NCBI RefSeq assembly: GCF_018350175.1
Contig: NC_058383.1
Coordinates: 6,698,001 to 6,762,000 of the forward strand
DNA length: 64,000 nt
Source of the DNA: Felis catus
Taxonomy: Eukaryota
Direction of reading: 5' to 3'
The translations under genes were made by a program, and so were the position numbers. The notes under the pieces were generated by a model. The model was given only the letters and a program-made list of their open reading frames with translations. It ran no database searches and was not told the DNA's origin. Of the stretch, positions 24,336 through 37,755 are shown piece by piece. Every line of letters begins with the position of its first letter. The stretch's first letter is position 1.

Positions 24336-27300
24336 TCAGATGAACCTTTCTGACCAGTACAAAATTTCTTTCTTTTACTTTTTATTTGTCAGGAGGAGAG
24401 GGGCAGAGGGAATAGAGAGAGAATCTGAAGCAGACTCTGCACTGAGCATGACCCCATGACCCTGGGATCATGACCTGAGCTGATATCAAGAGTCAGAAGT
24501 TCGGGCCACCTGGGTGGCTCAGTCAGTTAAGTAGCTAACTTTGGCTCAGGTCATGATCTCCTGGTCCACGGGATCTAGCCCCACATCAGGCTCTGCACTG
24601 ACAGCTCAGAACCTGGAGGCTGCTTCAGATTCTGTGTCTCCCTTTTTCTCTGCCTCTCTCCCACTCATGCTCTGTCTCTCTCGCTCTCAAAAATAACTAA
24701 ACATAAATTTTTTTTTTAATTTTTTTATTTTTAAATTTTTTTTCACGTTTATTTATTTTTGAGACAGAGAGAGACAGAGCATGAATGGGGGAGGGGCAGA
24801 GAGAGAGGGAGACACAGAATCGGAAGCAGGCTCCAGGCTCCGAGCCATCAGCCCAGAGCCCGACGCGGGGCTCGAACTCACGGACCACGAGATCATGACC
24901 TGAGCTGAAGTCAGATGCTTAACCGACTGCGCCACCCAGGCGCCCCCCCCCAAAATTTTTTTTTTAAAGAGTCAGAAGCTCAACCGAATGAGCCACTTAG
25001 GCGCCCCTGACCAGTACAGAATTTAAATATTGTGTATAAATAGATAATCTATGTCCTTATAAGGACACATAAACATTTTGTGTGAGATGACAATGTGAAG
25101 CAGAGTTGTCTCTCAGGGGAAACTGTGGAAGGAATGAGGGTCTACCACAAGCATCTTGCCTCCAAGCATTTGAAATTAAGTTTGAATTCAGTCTGCAATA
25201 GGAGTAAATGACAAATTGGAATTTTCGTCACTTTTTAAACTTCATTAAAAAATATTTTATGATGATATGATTTGACCGTGGGACTCTATTATGTGGCTAT
25301 AACTTTTAAAAAATCTCTAACCCAACATGGGGCTCAAACTCACAACCCTGAGATTGAGTCACACACTCTACCGACTGAGCCAACCAGCCGTCCCTACGTG
25401 ACTGTAAACTCTTAATTATAGTATGTTTGAAAATATAAATACCAAAGACTTATTTAAGTATCATGGGAATAGCTGAATCTCTGGATCCCATGTACTCAGA
25501 AAAGTCGGAAGCAGAAAATAATCTAGCTATTTAATAGTGGAAAATTTTTTCTAGTGTTTTTTTTTTCTTGCTTCAAGAAACAGAATATATAATAAAAATA
25601 CAGTAATCATGTTTTACATGTTTCATATTCATTTATATTTCAACAATGTTCAGAAAATAAATCATACAATTGAAATGAGAAATACTGTACATTAGTTTAA
25701 CATTTACATTAAATCATCTGCATTATTTATTTAACAAGTGAGGAATTATACAAGTTATATGTTATAAGTAAATTCATTTAAAAATTCATTTATTTAGGGG
25801 CGCCTGGGTGGCTCAGTCGGTTAAGCATCCGACTTCAGCTCAGGTCACGATCTCACGGTCCGTGAGTTCGAGCCCTGCGTTGGGCTCTGTGCTGACTGCT
25901 CAGAGCCTGGAGCCTGTTTCAGATTCTGTGCTCCCTCTCTCTCTGACCCTCCCCCGTTCATGCTCTGTCTCTGTCTCAAAAATAAATAAACGTTAAAAAA
26001 ATTTTTTTAATTCATTTATTTAAACGAGTACAATTAATATCCTGCTTTATGAATGCAAAGTCTCACTCAAGGTCAGAATTCCATGACATCTCTATGGACT
26101 AAAGTTTAAATTATAAACTAATGATTTATTCAAAAGTTGTGCACAAGCATAGGGAGTCAACCCCTACTTTTGGTCTAACAGCTAAGTGGTTGTACTAGTC
26201 TGTTTGTGATTTGTTTTGGTTAGACATTAACAGGGTGTGAAAGAGGTGAAGGCAGATTTTTCAGGATTAATCTTCATGACAAATCCACCTCTGGAGAAAC
26301 AACTTCACTATTCTCAAGGCTCAGGTTTGTCATTCTAATAATTTGGAGCAATATATAACAATTTAATGACATAACTGGTCCCATGTTTATATCTGAAGGC
26401 ACACACTGTGTACAAGTCACTTATTCATCTCTATGGGAATGTTATCACAATCTGGCAGGAAGTCAGAAGTTCTTTTCCAGTATTGCAGGGCAAGGCTTCC
26501 ACTAGGGTCAGGCGGCCAAGGATGGGCAGGGGAATTAAGGACAGAATGCAAATCCCTAAGTACAGACAAACCTAGCTTCAGAAAATATCCACTTATATAA
26601 TTAACTATGGAATCTATAAGTAAATAGCAAGTACTATGAGGGCAATACAAGCATTAAATTTTTTTAATGTTTATTTTTGAGAGAGAGAGAGAGAAAGAGA
26701 CAGAGCATAAGTGGGGGAGAGGCAAAGAGAGAGGGAGACACAGAATCCAAAGCAGGCTCCAGGCTCCAAGCTGTCAGCCCAGAGCCCAATGTGGGACTTG
26801 AACTCACAAACCTGAGTTTGTGACCTGGGCTCATGACCTGAGCCCAAGTCCTATACTTAACCCACTGAGCCACCCAGGTGCCCCAATACAAGCATTTTTC
26901 CCAATAAGGTTGTCTGCTCACCAGCTGATTACCAGTCAAGTTCTACCAACTCCTGCCTCTGGGTTGTGTGACTATGGGCTCTAATCATGATACACTGCCT
27001 CACCTTTAAAAAATAATTGAGAAAAGGAAAATAGTGCAAGGATAAATAAGATGGGGCCAGGGATAAAATGAGATTACAAGTTGTCTACTGTAAGTTCCTA
27101 TGTATTGGCAAAATGTAGCTCACAATTTGGCTCTGAAAAGCCTCAGCAGCCAATGCAAGAGGAAAACAAGATCAGTTACATGATATGCAGTGTAACTGGG
27201 GTAAAATTAAACTATTAATAGTAGCTTAGGAGAAATCCAGCTATTCTTGATACTAAGTGGGAAGAGAAATTTCCCATGAGTACCCTAGGAAAGGGCTATG

Positions 27301-27415
27301 TGACATAGTGGATGGTATTTTAAGATCTCTATAATAAATAAAATTAATGGATTTTAATTCCTTTTAATGTTAGCTGATGGCAGGTACCAAAGCACAATTC
27401 AAAAGAGCCAATTCT

Positions 27416-27686
27416 TTAAGAAACAAAACAGATGAACATAGGGGAAAGGGAAAAAAGAGAGAGAGGGAGGCAAACCATAAGAGACTCTTGACTCTAGAGA
27501 ACAAAGGAAGGGTTGCTGAAGGGGAGGTGGGTGGGGGATGGGCTAAATGGGTAATGGGTATTAAGGAGGGCACTGGTGATGAGCGCTGGTGCTGCGTCTA
27601 AGTGATGAATCACTAAGTTCTACTCCTGAAACTAACATTACACTATATGTTAACTAACTAAATTTTAAATAAAAATTTGAAATATT
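27416..27686 (+). mobile_element. L1 3'UTR fragment with aged TSD
   Basis: AAACAAAACAGATGAACATAGGGG...GGCAAACCATAAGAGACTCTT...GATGAATCACTAA. Flanks AAAAGAGCCAATTCT / AAAATAGCTAATTCT. Confidence 0.8.
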
Positions 27687-27901
27687 AAAAATAGCTAATT
27701 CTATGAAGGAAGAAAAGAGTATATAGTTTAAGTATTCAGCTCTCTGAAGGTCTAGTTTAATATAAAGACAAAATTCAAAGTGCCTAACGCAGCACTTTCT
27801 AGACCTTTTACTGTGCCATGCAGGCTGATCGTTATGTAAAAAGTCCATTTCCAGTACTAACTGGATCATCACCCTTTTCTCTCTTCTTTATAGTATCTTA
27901 T

Positions 27902-28398
27902 TGTGGTATATGGCAAAAATGGCCAAAAAAGTAAAACAAAACGTATAGGAATAGACTTTGCAGTTTCTCCCTTCTAGAAGTGGAGTCTATTTCCTCACCC
28001 TTTGGATTTGGACTGCTCTTGTGGCTTGCTTTGACCAACAGAAGTGACACCGTGTGAGTTTCAAGCCTGGATATCAAGAACTTTTGCAACTTCTGGTTTC
28101 TTGCTTTTGTAACCTGCCACCACCAAGTGAGGAAGTATGAGCTAAGCTGCTGGGTGACGGGAAACGTGTGGCCTAAATGCCTCCTAGCACTCCAAGTGAC
28201 AATCATCTAATCCCCAGGAGAACTGCTTAGCTCACACTGGCAGCTGAACACAGACAAAAAGAAGGAGCCCAGCAGAAAAGCCAGCCAGGTAAGTCTGGAC
28301 CAAATCGTCAGCCCACAGAGTCATAAGCAAAATAAGTGGTTCCTTTTTTAGGTCGCTAAGTTTGGGGTTGTTTGTTACACAACAAAAACTAACAGACA
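27902..28398 (+). mobile_element. MaLR LTR (MLT1E/F/G-like) inserted beside old L1 ORF2 remnants (~28400-29390)
   Basis: TGTGGTA..GGCAAAAATGGCC...AGAAGTGGAGTCTATTTCC...TTGCTTTGACCAA...CTAAGTTTGGGGTTGTTTGTTAC. Confidence 0.65.
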
Positions 28399-29439
28399 AA
28401 CTTTTAAAAGCCAGTGCAACCCAATTCACAATATTAACAACAACAACAACAAAAAAGATAAAACACTTAAGAATAAACATAACACACTATGTGCAAAATC
28501 ATGAAGAAAACTTTAAAACACTCCAAAAGGATCCACAATTAGGCTTTTTTCCACAAATGGAAAAACATACCATGTTCTTGGATAGGAAAACCAACTTTAT
28601 AAGAATGTCAATTCTCCCTGGGGTACCTGGGTGGCTCAGTTGGTTAAGTGCCTGACTCTTGATTTTGGCTCAGGTCATGATTTCATGGTTCGTGAGATGG
28701 AGCCCCTTATAGGGCTCTGTGCTGAAAACACGGAGCCTACTTGGAATTCTCTCTCTCCCTCTCTCTCTGCCCCTCTCCTGCTTGTGCTCACACACTTGCT
28801 CTCTCTAAAAAATAAATAATTTTTTTAAAAAGGGAAAAAAAGGAACGTCAACTCTTCCTAAGTGAATACATATTAAAAATGATCCCAATACAGATTTATT
28901 TCTGGAACTAGGAAAATTGAATCTATAGTTAATTTGGACAAGAACTAAAGAAGCAAAAATACTTTGAAGAAGAAACACAGCAGGGGGCGTTCTCTGTAAG
29001 AAATAGTAAAACCAATTATTAATGCTCAATAAATTGAAACCGCATATTATCACATGCATTGACAAATAGACCAATGCGACAGAATAGAAAATCTAGAAAG
29101 AGACCACAAAACATGAGGATTTGGTATATGATAAAGGCAGCATCACAGATCAATGGGAGGTAAAGATAGCCTTTTTCATAAATGTTGAGACAACTGGGTA
29201 ATGGCTTGGAAAAAGATGAAGTTAGATCTTTACTTCACACCATACACCATAATTTTGAACAGACCAAAAGGCTCGATGTTCAAGAGTACTCAATGTAAAC
29301 GTAAAAAGTGAAGCCATGCAAATACTACAATCCACCAAACATACCACAGGGTCAATTTAAGCCTGATACAAAAATGAGAGATTATTAAGAAGGGCATCCT
29401 CTGGCTAGAGAAGCCCTGCATGGACGACTCCCCTTCTTC

Positions 29440-30460
29440 ACAGGAATGAGGCGCTTCCGACGTCACGCTCCCAGCCGGGAGAGCAACCTGCTCCGCTACA
29501 ACCCTCCTTCTGGGCAGAGGAGCTCAAGGAAACGCCTCCCTGTCCTCCCGCACTCTGATAAGCCCTGGAGACCAAGGCTGCAAAGAGATCCGCGGCCCTA
29601 TTGGCTAGCGGGCGTGGCCCGCGCGGGGCTTCTGGGAGTTGTAGGCTCCTGGGACTCCCGGGTCTGACGTCGGAGACAGGCCCTGTGAGCTCTCCGCGGT
29701 GGTGAAGAGGTGGGTGTGTCTGGAGATCGGGTGTGGGCAGAGTCGAGGAATCAGGTGAAGAAAACGAAGGACTTAAAATTAAAGAGAAATTAGGGTTGTG
29801 GGCTCTCAGGAAGGGACGAACCTACCTCGAAGTAGGGCGCAGGGCGTTGGGGGTGGGGGAGCGCAAGTTCCACGGCCAATCAGACATTAGCAACTGTTGC
29901 CGTAGCAACCACTCTGGACAGCTAAGGCCCCGTCCCTTGCCCAGACTCCCAAGCAAAGGGGAGGAGCCCGGGCTGTTTAAATGGCTTTAGGCACAGGTGG
30001 GGAGCAGCTGGCTCCGTTTCCTCCCCGGCTCTAGCGACGCTGAAACTGCGGTTGGGTGGGCGGGGAACGGCCCCGTCCGGGGAGGTGCCCCAACTCCCCG
30101 CCGATTGGCCCACAGCCGCTCCGGGGCGGGGCCTGGGGCGGGCAGCTCCCGCCTGCTGCGAGGCGAGGACCTCCGGGATTCCTAGAGAGGACTCGGAAGT
30201 GCTCTCGGCGGTGGGATTGATGGCTCGACCCCGTTGGACAGGGAACGCTTGGACTTGCTTACTTCCGGCGAGGAAGTGTTGCGAAGTGTAGGCTTCGGTT
30301 TTCTCTCCGTTTGTAGGAAGAAACCTATCTTCCCAACCTGCTGCGAGAGCTTGGTCTTCCAGGAGAGCTCCCTGGGACTGGTGCCTTGAGGGAAGAGAAT
30401 GGGTTTTGTATCCAGACGGGTAACCTGTGTCTAACCTTGACCGGCCCGTTTTCCGTGTCT
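29440..30460 (+). promoter_or_regulatory. CpG island / ZKSCAN5 promoter and probable non-coding first exon(s)
   Basis: CpG-rich. ZNF143/THAP11-type motif GGCTTCTGGGAGTTGTAGG at 29627-29645; CCAAT boxes (ATTGG 29600, GGCCAATCAG ~29874); CRE-like GACGTC sites; GC box GGGGCGGGGC ~30123; ETS ACTTCCGG 30261-30268. Candidate donor GAG|GTGGGT at 29709/29710. Confidence 0.8.
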
Positions 30461-31479
30461 TTGGGGTCAGGGGCGATTCAGAGGAATACAGGTCCCAATC
30501 TGTACTTGTAACTCAGCTTCTCTTCGGAACCAATGAAGTCTCCTGTTGGTCCGTCATGCTCTTGTGGCATGAAGGACAGGACCAGTTTTGACCATTGTAA
30601 TATTTTTGACCCGTGTTGTAAGTTTGGCTTGTAGTCAAAAGGAAAGACTGCGTCTGGACTACTTAGTAGTAAGTCTTGTCCTGTTATTTATATGAAATTT
30701 AATGCTCTTCACCATTAAAATTGTATTTGGTTAGACCTGATGTCAGAGTTTTGTTGCTCTTTACGTTTTTAAAAAATGTTTACTTGTTTATTTTGAGAGA
30801 GAGCGAGTGCATGAGCAGAGGAGGGCCAGAGAGAGAGGGAGAGAGAGAATCCCAAGCAGGCTCCACTCAGCTCGGAGCTGGTTGTCAGGCTCCATCTCAC
30901 AACTGTGAGATCATGACCTGAACTGGAATCAAGAGTTGACACCTAACCGCTGAGCCACCCGGGGGCCCCTCTTATTTAAATTTTTTAAACTTTGGAAATG
31001 TTCTGTATTAGTAGTTATTTTATGGGTGGAATGACAGCTATCTTGTCTATATTTTATTTTATTTAAACATTTTTTAACATTTATTTATTTTTGAGACAGA
31101 GCATGAACAGGGGAGGGGCAGAGAGAGAGGGAGACACAGAATCTGAAACAGGCTCCAGGCTCTGAGCTGTCAGCACAGAGCCCAACGCGGGGCTTGAACT
31201 CACGGACCGTGAGATTATGACCTGAGCCGAAGTCGGACGCTTAACCGACTGAGCCACCTAGGCGCCCCATATCTTGTCTATATTTTAAAGTAAATTACTC
31301 TGTTGAGTGGTCATCTTTAGTAGAGATGACCTCTTTGTCATCTCTTTGCTAATAATGCTTTCTAATGTATCAGTAGGTTGCACGCTAATGAAACTGCCCT
31401 TCAGAAGATTTTAAAGAGCAGAAACCAGATTTGATCTGTGTGACACAGCTAACCTGGAGAGACATCCCTCTGAGTTGGA

Positions 31480-31893
31480 ATGATAATGACAGAGTCTGGG
31501 GAAGTTATAGACTTAGACCCTCCCGCTGAGACTTCACAGGAGCAAGAAGACCTTCTAATTGTGAAAGTGGAAGAAGAAGACTGTACCTGGATGCAAGAGT
31601 ACAACCCTCCAGTGTTTGAGACTTTTTACCAGCGCTTCAGGCACTTCCAGTACCATGAGGCATCAGGCCCCCGGGAGGCCCTGAGCCAGCTCCGGGTGCT
31701 GTGCTGCGAGTGGCTGAGGCCCGAGCTGCACACCAAGGAGCAGATCCTGGAGCTTCTGGTGCTGGAGCAGTTCCTGACCATCCTACCGGAAGAGTTCCAG
31801 ACCTGGGTGAGAGAACATCACCCGGAAAGTGGAGAAGAGGCCGTGGCTGTGGTAGAAAATATACAGAGAGAGCTAGAGGAACGCAGACAACAG
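31480..31893 (+). CDS. ZKSCAN5: ZKSCAN5 coding exon 1: leader and SCAN
   Basis: [44 protein letters not shown]...RELEERRQQ, near-identical to recalled human ZKSCAN5 (ZFP95). Donor CAG|GTGAGT; 414 nt, phase 0. Confidence 0.95.
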
Positions 31894-34709
31894 GTGAGTG
31901 GAAGAGGAGACATTAGAGCAATGAGGAAGGAGAGGAAGAGAGTTAAGTTGCTGCTGAGCAGGGGTGAGATTCTTAGCGCTCTGGTGCTTCATTCATATTC
32001 TTTTGTTCTCCTGGGATTAGGTACACTGTGGAGATTTCCTGCCACTCCAGCAAAGAGAAGCAGTATCCAGTGTGTTAACCTGGAGAAGACAGTCTGCGAT
32101 TTAACTTATTTTTAAAATTACTGTGTTTATCTTTTGATTGACATGATACAAAATTCAAAAGGTGCATAAGTTTGTTATGAAAAGTAAGTTTCCTCCCGCC
32201 TCTCCTTCTCTGGCTGCCTAGTTCTCTTCAGAGGCAACCACTGTCACCTGATACCTGTATATCCTTACAGACATCTACTTTCTTCTGTATGCATAAGTGG
32301 ACGTGTGGATAATATGCTTTAAAAAGCCACAGATGTGGTTTAAATCACTGTGTACTTCTGCCTCTTGCTATTTGTTTATATCTTCGTTTGTTCCATGTTG
32401 GTGCAAACAGACCTGCCTCACTCCCGGAGACTGCTTATATTCCATCGTGTGGATGGATGTACCATAATCAAACTCCTGGTGAAGGCCATTTAAGTCATTC
32501 CTTTAGATTGTTTCTGAACGTAAATTTTGCTACAATGACTGTCCTTTATGTTCATCCTTAACTGTAGAATAATAAATGCTTAGAAGTCAGATTGTTGGCT
32601 CAGAGACGATGTGCATTTGTAATTTTGACAGCTGTTGAGAAGTTGCCCTTCAGAGAGGTTATACCAGTTTTTAGTCCCAGCTGCAGGGTGTGAGAGAAAT
32701 TTTTTGCTCACAGCCTGATCCCATGATGTTGCCCAACTTTTTGTCATCACCAGTCTGAAAGATGCAACATTCTACTTCTGTTAAATTTTAATATGCATTT
32801 CTCATATTATGAGTGAGTTTGACCACAGAATATGTATATGTATATACACATATATATGTTTCTTAATTTTTTAAAGTTTATTCATTTTTGAGAGAGAGAG
32901 AGAGGGGGGCAAAGAATCCGAAGCAGGTTCCAAGCTCTGAGCTGTCAGCACAGAGCCTGATGTGGGGCTTGAACTCAAGAGCCATGAGATCGTGACCTGA
33001 GCCAACGTCGGTCACTTAACTGACTGAGCCGCCCAGGAGCCCCAACCACAGTATATATTTTAAAGGGTTACATGTGTACCCTTGTTTTTCCTTCTTGAAA
33101 ATTAAGCTCTACAACAAATGTGGGGTTTGAATATGAACTTACAATGCCCAGTTCAAGAGTCACATGTTCCCCGACTGAGACAGCCAGGCGCCCTGTGTGT
33201 GTCCCCTTTTTTGTGATTTATCTGTTTACATTATTTGCCTATTTGAAAAAGTAAGCACTGTGTCTGTCATCTGAGGTGCAAGTTTATTTTTCCACCTTGT
33301 TTATCTTTGCTTATGGAGACTTTTGCAGGGTTTTTTTATTTTTATGTGGTCTGTTTATATCTTAATTTATGGTTTCTGGGTTTTGTGCCATACTTAGAAA
33401 GGCCTTCTCCACTACAACATCATAAGAAAATTTTCTAATAGTCTCTTCTCAAGTTAAAAAAAATTTTTTTTGGTTCATGGTGTTTGGTATGGTTACAACT
33501 TTTTTCTCCCAGATGTCTGTCCAGTTGCCCCAGCAACATGTAGAGAAATCCCTTTTTTCCTCACTCTAATTAAAATGCTGTCTTTATTACATACCAGATT
33601 TCTGCATGCATTTGGGTCTACTCACGGCCCTTTTTTTTTTTTTTAATGTTTATTTATTTTTGAGAGAGAGAGAGCACGAGCATGTGTGGGCACGTGTGAA
33701 CAGGGGATAGGCAGAGAGAGAAGAATGCAGAGAATCCCAAGCAGGCTCCATGCTATCAATGTAAAGCCCTATGCAGGGCTTGAACCCATGAACCATGAGA
33801 TCACACCTGAGCCAAAATCAAGAGTTGGATGCTTAACCGACTGAGCCACCCAGGCACCCCTGAATTTACTTATGTTCTTTTAATTGTTTTGTTGATCTTA
33901 TTATCTGTTCACCTATCAGTATTTTAATTACTTGAGCTCTGTAAAGGGTTTTGATATGTGGTAGGGCTACTCTTCCTCCTTCCAAATATTTTCAATTTTT
34001 TCTTTTTTCCTTATAAACTTTAGAATTACTAATGTAGTTTTCACCACTCCAAAAATCCTGTTGGGTTTTTTGTTGTTGTTGTTGGGGTTGCAGTAAATCC
34101 TATGTTAATTTAGGGAAAATCAATATCTTTTTTTAAATTTTTTTCTTACATTTTTGTTTTACATTTATTTATTTTTGAGAGACAGAAACAGAGTGTGAGC
34201 AGGGGAGGGGTAGAGAGAGAGGGAGACACAGAATCCGAAGCAGGCTCCAGGCTCCTAGCTGTCAGCACAGAGCCCGATGCTGGGCTCGAACCCATGAACC
34301 ATGAGATCATGACCTGAGCTGAAGTTGGACGTTTAACCGACTGAGCCACCCAGGCACCCCTAAAATATTTTTTTAATATTTATTTATTTTGAAAGTGAGA
34401 GAGAGGGAGCATAAGTGGGAAGGGGCACAGAGAGAGAGAGGGAGACACAGAATCTGAAGCAAGCTCCAGGCTCTGCACTGTTAGCACAGAGCCTGACGTG
34501 GGGCTCAAACCCACGAACCGTGAGACCCAAACCCGCGAATGGTGAGACCATGACCTGAGTGGAAGTCGGACACTTAACTGAAGGAGCCACCCAGGTGCCC
34601 CTAGGGAGAATCAATACCTTTATGTTGTTACCTCTTCTTGTCTTTTCTTACTCATTTAACTTGACCCTCTACCTTCTTGTTGCTAGGGTCACACTCTCTT
34701 AAGCTTTAA

Positions 34710-34711
34710 TT

Positions 34712-34752
<41 letters not shown>
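34710..34752. repeat. (TTG)n microsatellite
   Basis: Direct reading. Confidence 0.95.
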
Positions 34753-36500
34753 AGAACAAAGAAACAAAATCATGAGATCTTAGGTCACAAGAGTTTGAAG
34801 CTAATTAAATTTCCATCATTCTTTAGAGCCACTGTGCTTCGGTGTAAGGTCTCAATCTCATTACTCTTTATCTCTGGGTAAGGGGTACGTTAACATTCCA
34901 GGACATTCTCAAGCTCTTCAAGTGGTTCAGCTCACTCCATGAGGCAAGTGGGCAGCAGAGGGAATTGCTCCTGACTCTCAGCCAGACCCTTGGCTATACC
35001 GAATGTCCTCCAGATGGGAATGTCTGAAGCTTTCTGTTCTGTCAGGACAGAAAGTAAAAGTTCATGGTGACATCTAGTTGCTTCTTTTTAAAGCCTAATT
35101 TGGGATATTAATAAAGAAACTTTGCCCTGCTTTTTTATAGTAATAAATATTCAAAAGTACACTTAAAAACAAGAAGTATTTTTTAAGTAGAAGATTGGCA
35201 GCAGATATGTGCATTTACCTCTAATTGTGATATACAGCCCATCTTTGGAAGGACACAGAGAAAAAAAAATTCTTATTGGTATCAGGGATTTGAGGCCCAT
35301 AGAGGGGATTTTCTTAAGGACTTCCATGGCTTGCTTTGTTTGCCTTTCTCTTTGTCTGCTGTCTGTGTCCCCAGCATTGTTCCTCAACTTTATCTCCAGG
35401 AAGTTACTGTCTCTGGCAGGCCCTTTTAACAAGCTTTAAACTTTACCCTTCTCCTTGGTTTCTGTGTCCCAGTCTCAGGGGACCTGAAGGGCTGCTTTGC
35501 TTCTTTGGTGCTGATGTGCCCTGCGACATGCTTGGCATCATCTTAACTCTTATTCTGAGCGGCTCCACAAGGACACACACACTTCCACGCAGAGTGATCT
35601 TTGCCACAACTGTTTTGCAGCCGCCTCTTAATGTAACTCCCGTACCACATTTCGCCAGTGCCAAGAGGGTTAAAATTTAAAGTGCTTTGAAACCTAAGGG
35701 AGGGGGAGAGGGGGGTGGCAATTCTGTCTCAATGCAGGATCTTATTACCTGCTAGGATGCTGCTGAGTTAGTAACTTCCAGAAAAGACGGATTGTGGAGA
35801 CGGGTTGTGGCAGAGTAACTGCGTGTCCCCTAGGGTCGAGCAAGAGCCCAGAACAGAAACAAGGAGTACTTACTTAGCATGCTGGACAGGAACCAGCTCT
35901 TGTCTTAGTGTTGGTCTGTCTTGAACCTGGTCTGCTAAGGAACTGAGTGTGGCTTCTTGAGCTCTATATTGACCTTGACAACTTGACTTCTCACTTCTCT
36001 CCCCTCTTCAGTAAACTTGACCTACCCTGGCCTTCTTACGGTTCCTTGACCACATCACACACCTATCTTCTACTTGAGAGTCTTTGCTTATGTTGTTCTC
36101 TTTGCCCAGAGCACTTCTTACTTTTCCCCTGGCAGGCTTCTTTTGCCCCGGAGCTGTTTACTTCAGTGACACTTTGTCGGACAAGCCTTCCTTGTCCACC
36201 TTCTCTAAAGTAGGTTCTCATCTGTTATGTATTAGGGCACTACTTTCTTCTCCTTTCTAACATGTAACAGTCTGCAATCATGCATTTATTTGTGCGTTGA
36301 TATGTTTAATGGAAGTCATCTTTGACTGGAAAGAAACTGTTTGTTAAGCCACTGTTATGGCTTAAGCCATCAGTGTCTGGCTCGTTGTAAATGCACATTG
36401 TATATTTGGCAAAGGAGTGAATGGAAGAATAGTGTGAATTTACTGGATTCTTTCTTAGCCTTCTCTACAGTGTGCTGATTGGTGTGATTGTGCTTGTCAG

Positions 36501-36639
36501 ATCGTGGTGTGTCCTGAAGTGCTTCCTCAGAAGATGGTACCACCTGGAGTTGTTCAGGAGTCCCCCAGCCACCAGCTCCTGTCTGTGGACCCCCCATCTG
36601 AACAGGAGCCACAGAAGCCTCATCTTCTGGAGGAAAATG
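36501..36639 (+). CDS. ZKSCAN5: ZKSCAN5 coding exon 2 (linker)
   Basis: GTCAG acceptor, G|GTGAGG donor; 139 nt, IVVCPEVLPQKMVPPG...KPHLLEEN. Confidence 0.88.
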
Positions 36640-37214
36640 GTGAGGACCTACGATTCAGTGGAACAGATGGGGCTAGAGAGCGGGCATCCTGGTCTTATGG
36701 GTAAGCGGTATCTGTATGAGCGAGACTTTGGGCGGGTGGCCTTTCTGCATCTGGCAGCACTGTGAGGTTGGGAAGGGCTGGGGACCCAGAATTGAGTCCC
36801 TGGCATGCAGAGAGAGTGAGCTTGCAGGACGGCTAGGATGCGGTTCTGTTTGAAAGCCGTAATGCAGATGACGACAGTTCTAAGTACAGGCACTGTCAGA
36901 AGATCTACAGAAGTCTTTTACAAAAGTGTCATACTTGTTTTACAGCAGTTTTCCAACTCTGCACATGTTTTGTTATCTCACTGCTTATGTAAGAACAGCT
37001 CTCCAGTTTCTAATTGCATCCATTCATTTCTGGCTGCTCATTCACCCACCTTGAAGTCTTACTTCAAGCAGTTGCTTACCATGACCTGTAGAGCGTTTGT
37101 TCTCTCCTTCTCTTTCTCTCCTTCCCTCCCCCCCTCTCAATTTTATCAACTTGTATTAAACATGTGAAGAAAGAAAAGTGAACTGCCAAGTATCTTATTT
37201 ATGGTATGTGTCCA

Positions 37215-37550
37215 CAGGTCTATAACCCTAACCAAACCCTTGCTATGAGATATATTTTAGGATTCAGAAATTTTCCGATTTAGTAAGGGAATATGACTTA
37301 TATACCGTACATTACAGTACCAGCGGGATTTGAGGTGGGACTCCACAGTCACGCACATTAGTATTTCGCCAGTGAAATGTATATGTATTTACAGTAAGGG
37401 GATTAAATCCAGACTTTAAATAGCTTCACATCAGTTCTGGTCAGGTTTTTCTGTCAAATTAGTTCAGTGTCTACCTTACTGAAAGGAAGGCTTTTGGTAT
37501 TTGGAGCTTTGGGATTTCAGAATTGTGGAGAAAAGTGTCATGAACCTGTA
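37215..37550. mobile_element. Tigger-family MITE (MER46C-like)
   Basis: Ends CAGGTCTATAACCCT...ATGAACCTGTA; internal TTTGGAGCTTTGGGATTTCAGAATTGTGGA. Confidence 0.6.
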
Positions 37551-37755
37551 TTTCCAGGTTTGGCCCCTGGCTCTCTTCTCGGCTCCCTCTAGTGGTCAGG
37601 CCTTTCACTTTACATGCTCCGGGGCCCTGACCTTTTCCAGCTTTTCTTTCACTGTGGGAGTGATGATAGAAGCAGCAGCAGCAGGAATCACTTACGTTAG
37701 TGTTTACTACGTGTCCGCAAGTGTTCCAACTGCTTTACCTTTGGGAACTCATTAA

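Noticed and set aside
31894..32115. C-terminal extension of the 211-aa SCAN ORF
   Set aside because: Read-through past a strong CAG|GTGAGT donor; no evidence for a SCAN-only isoform in the sequence itself.
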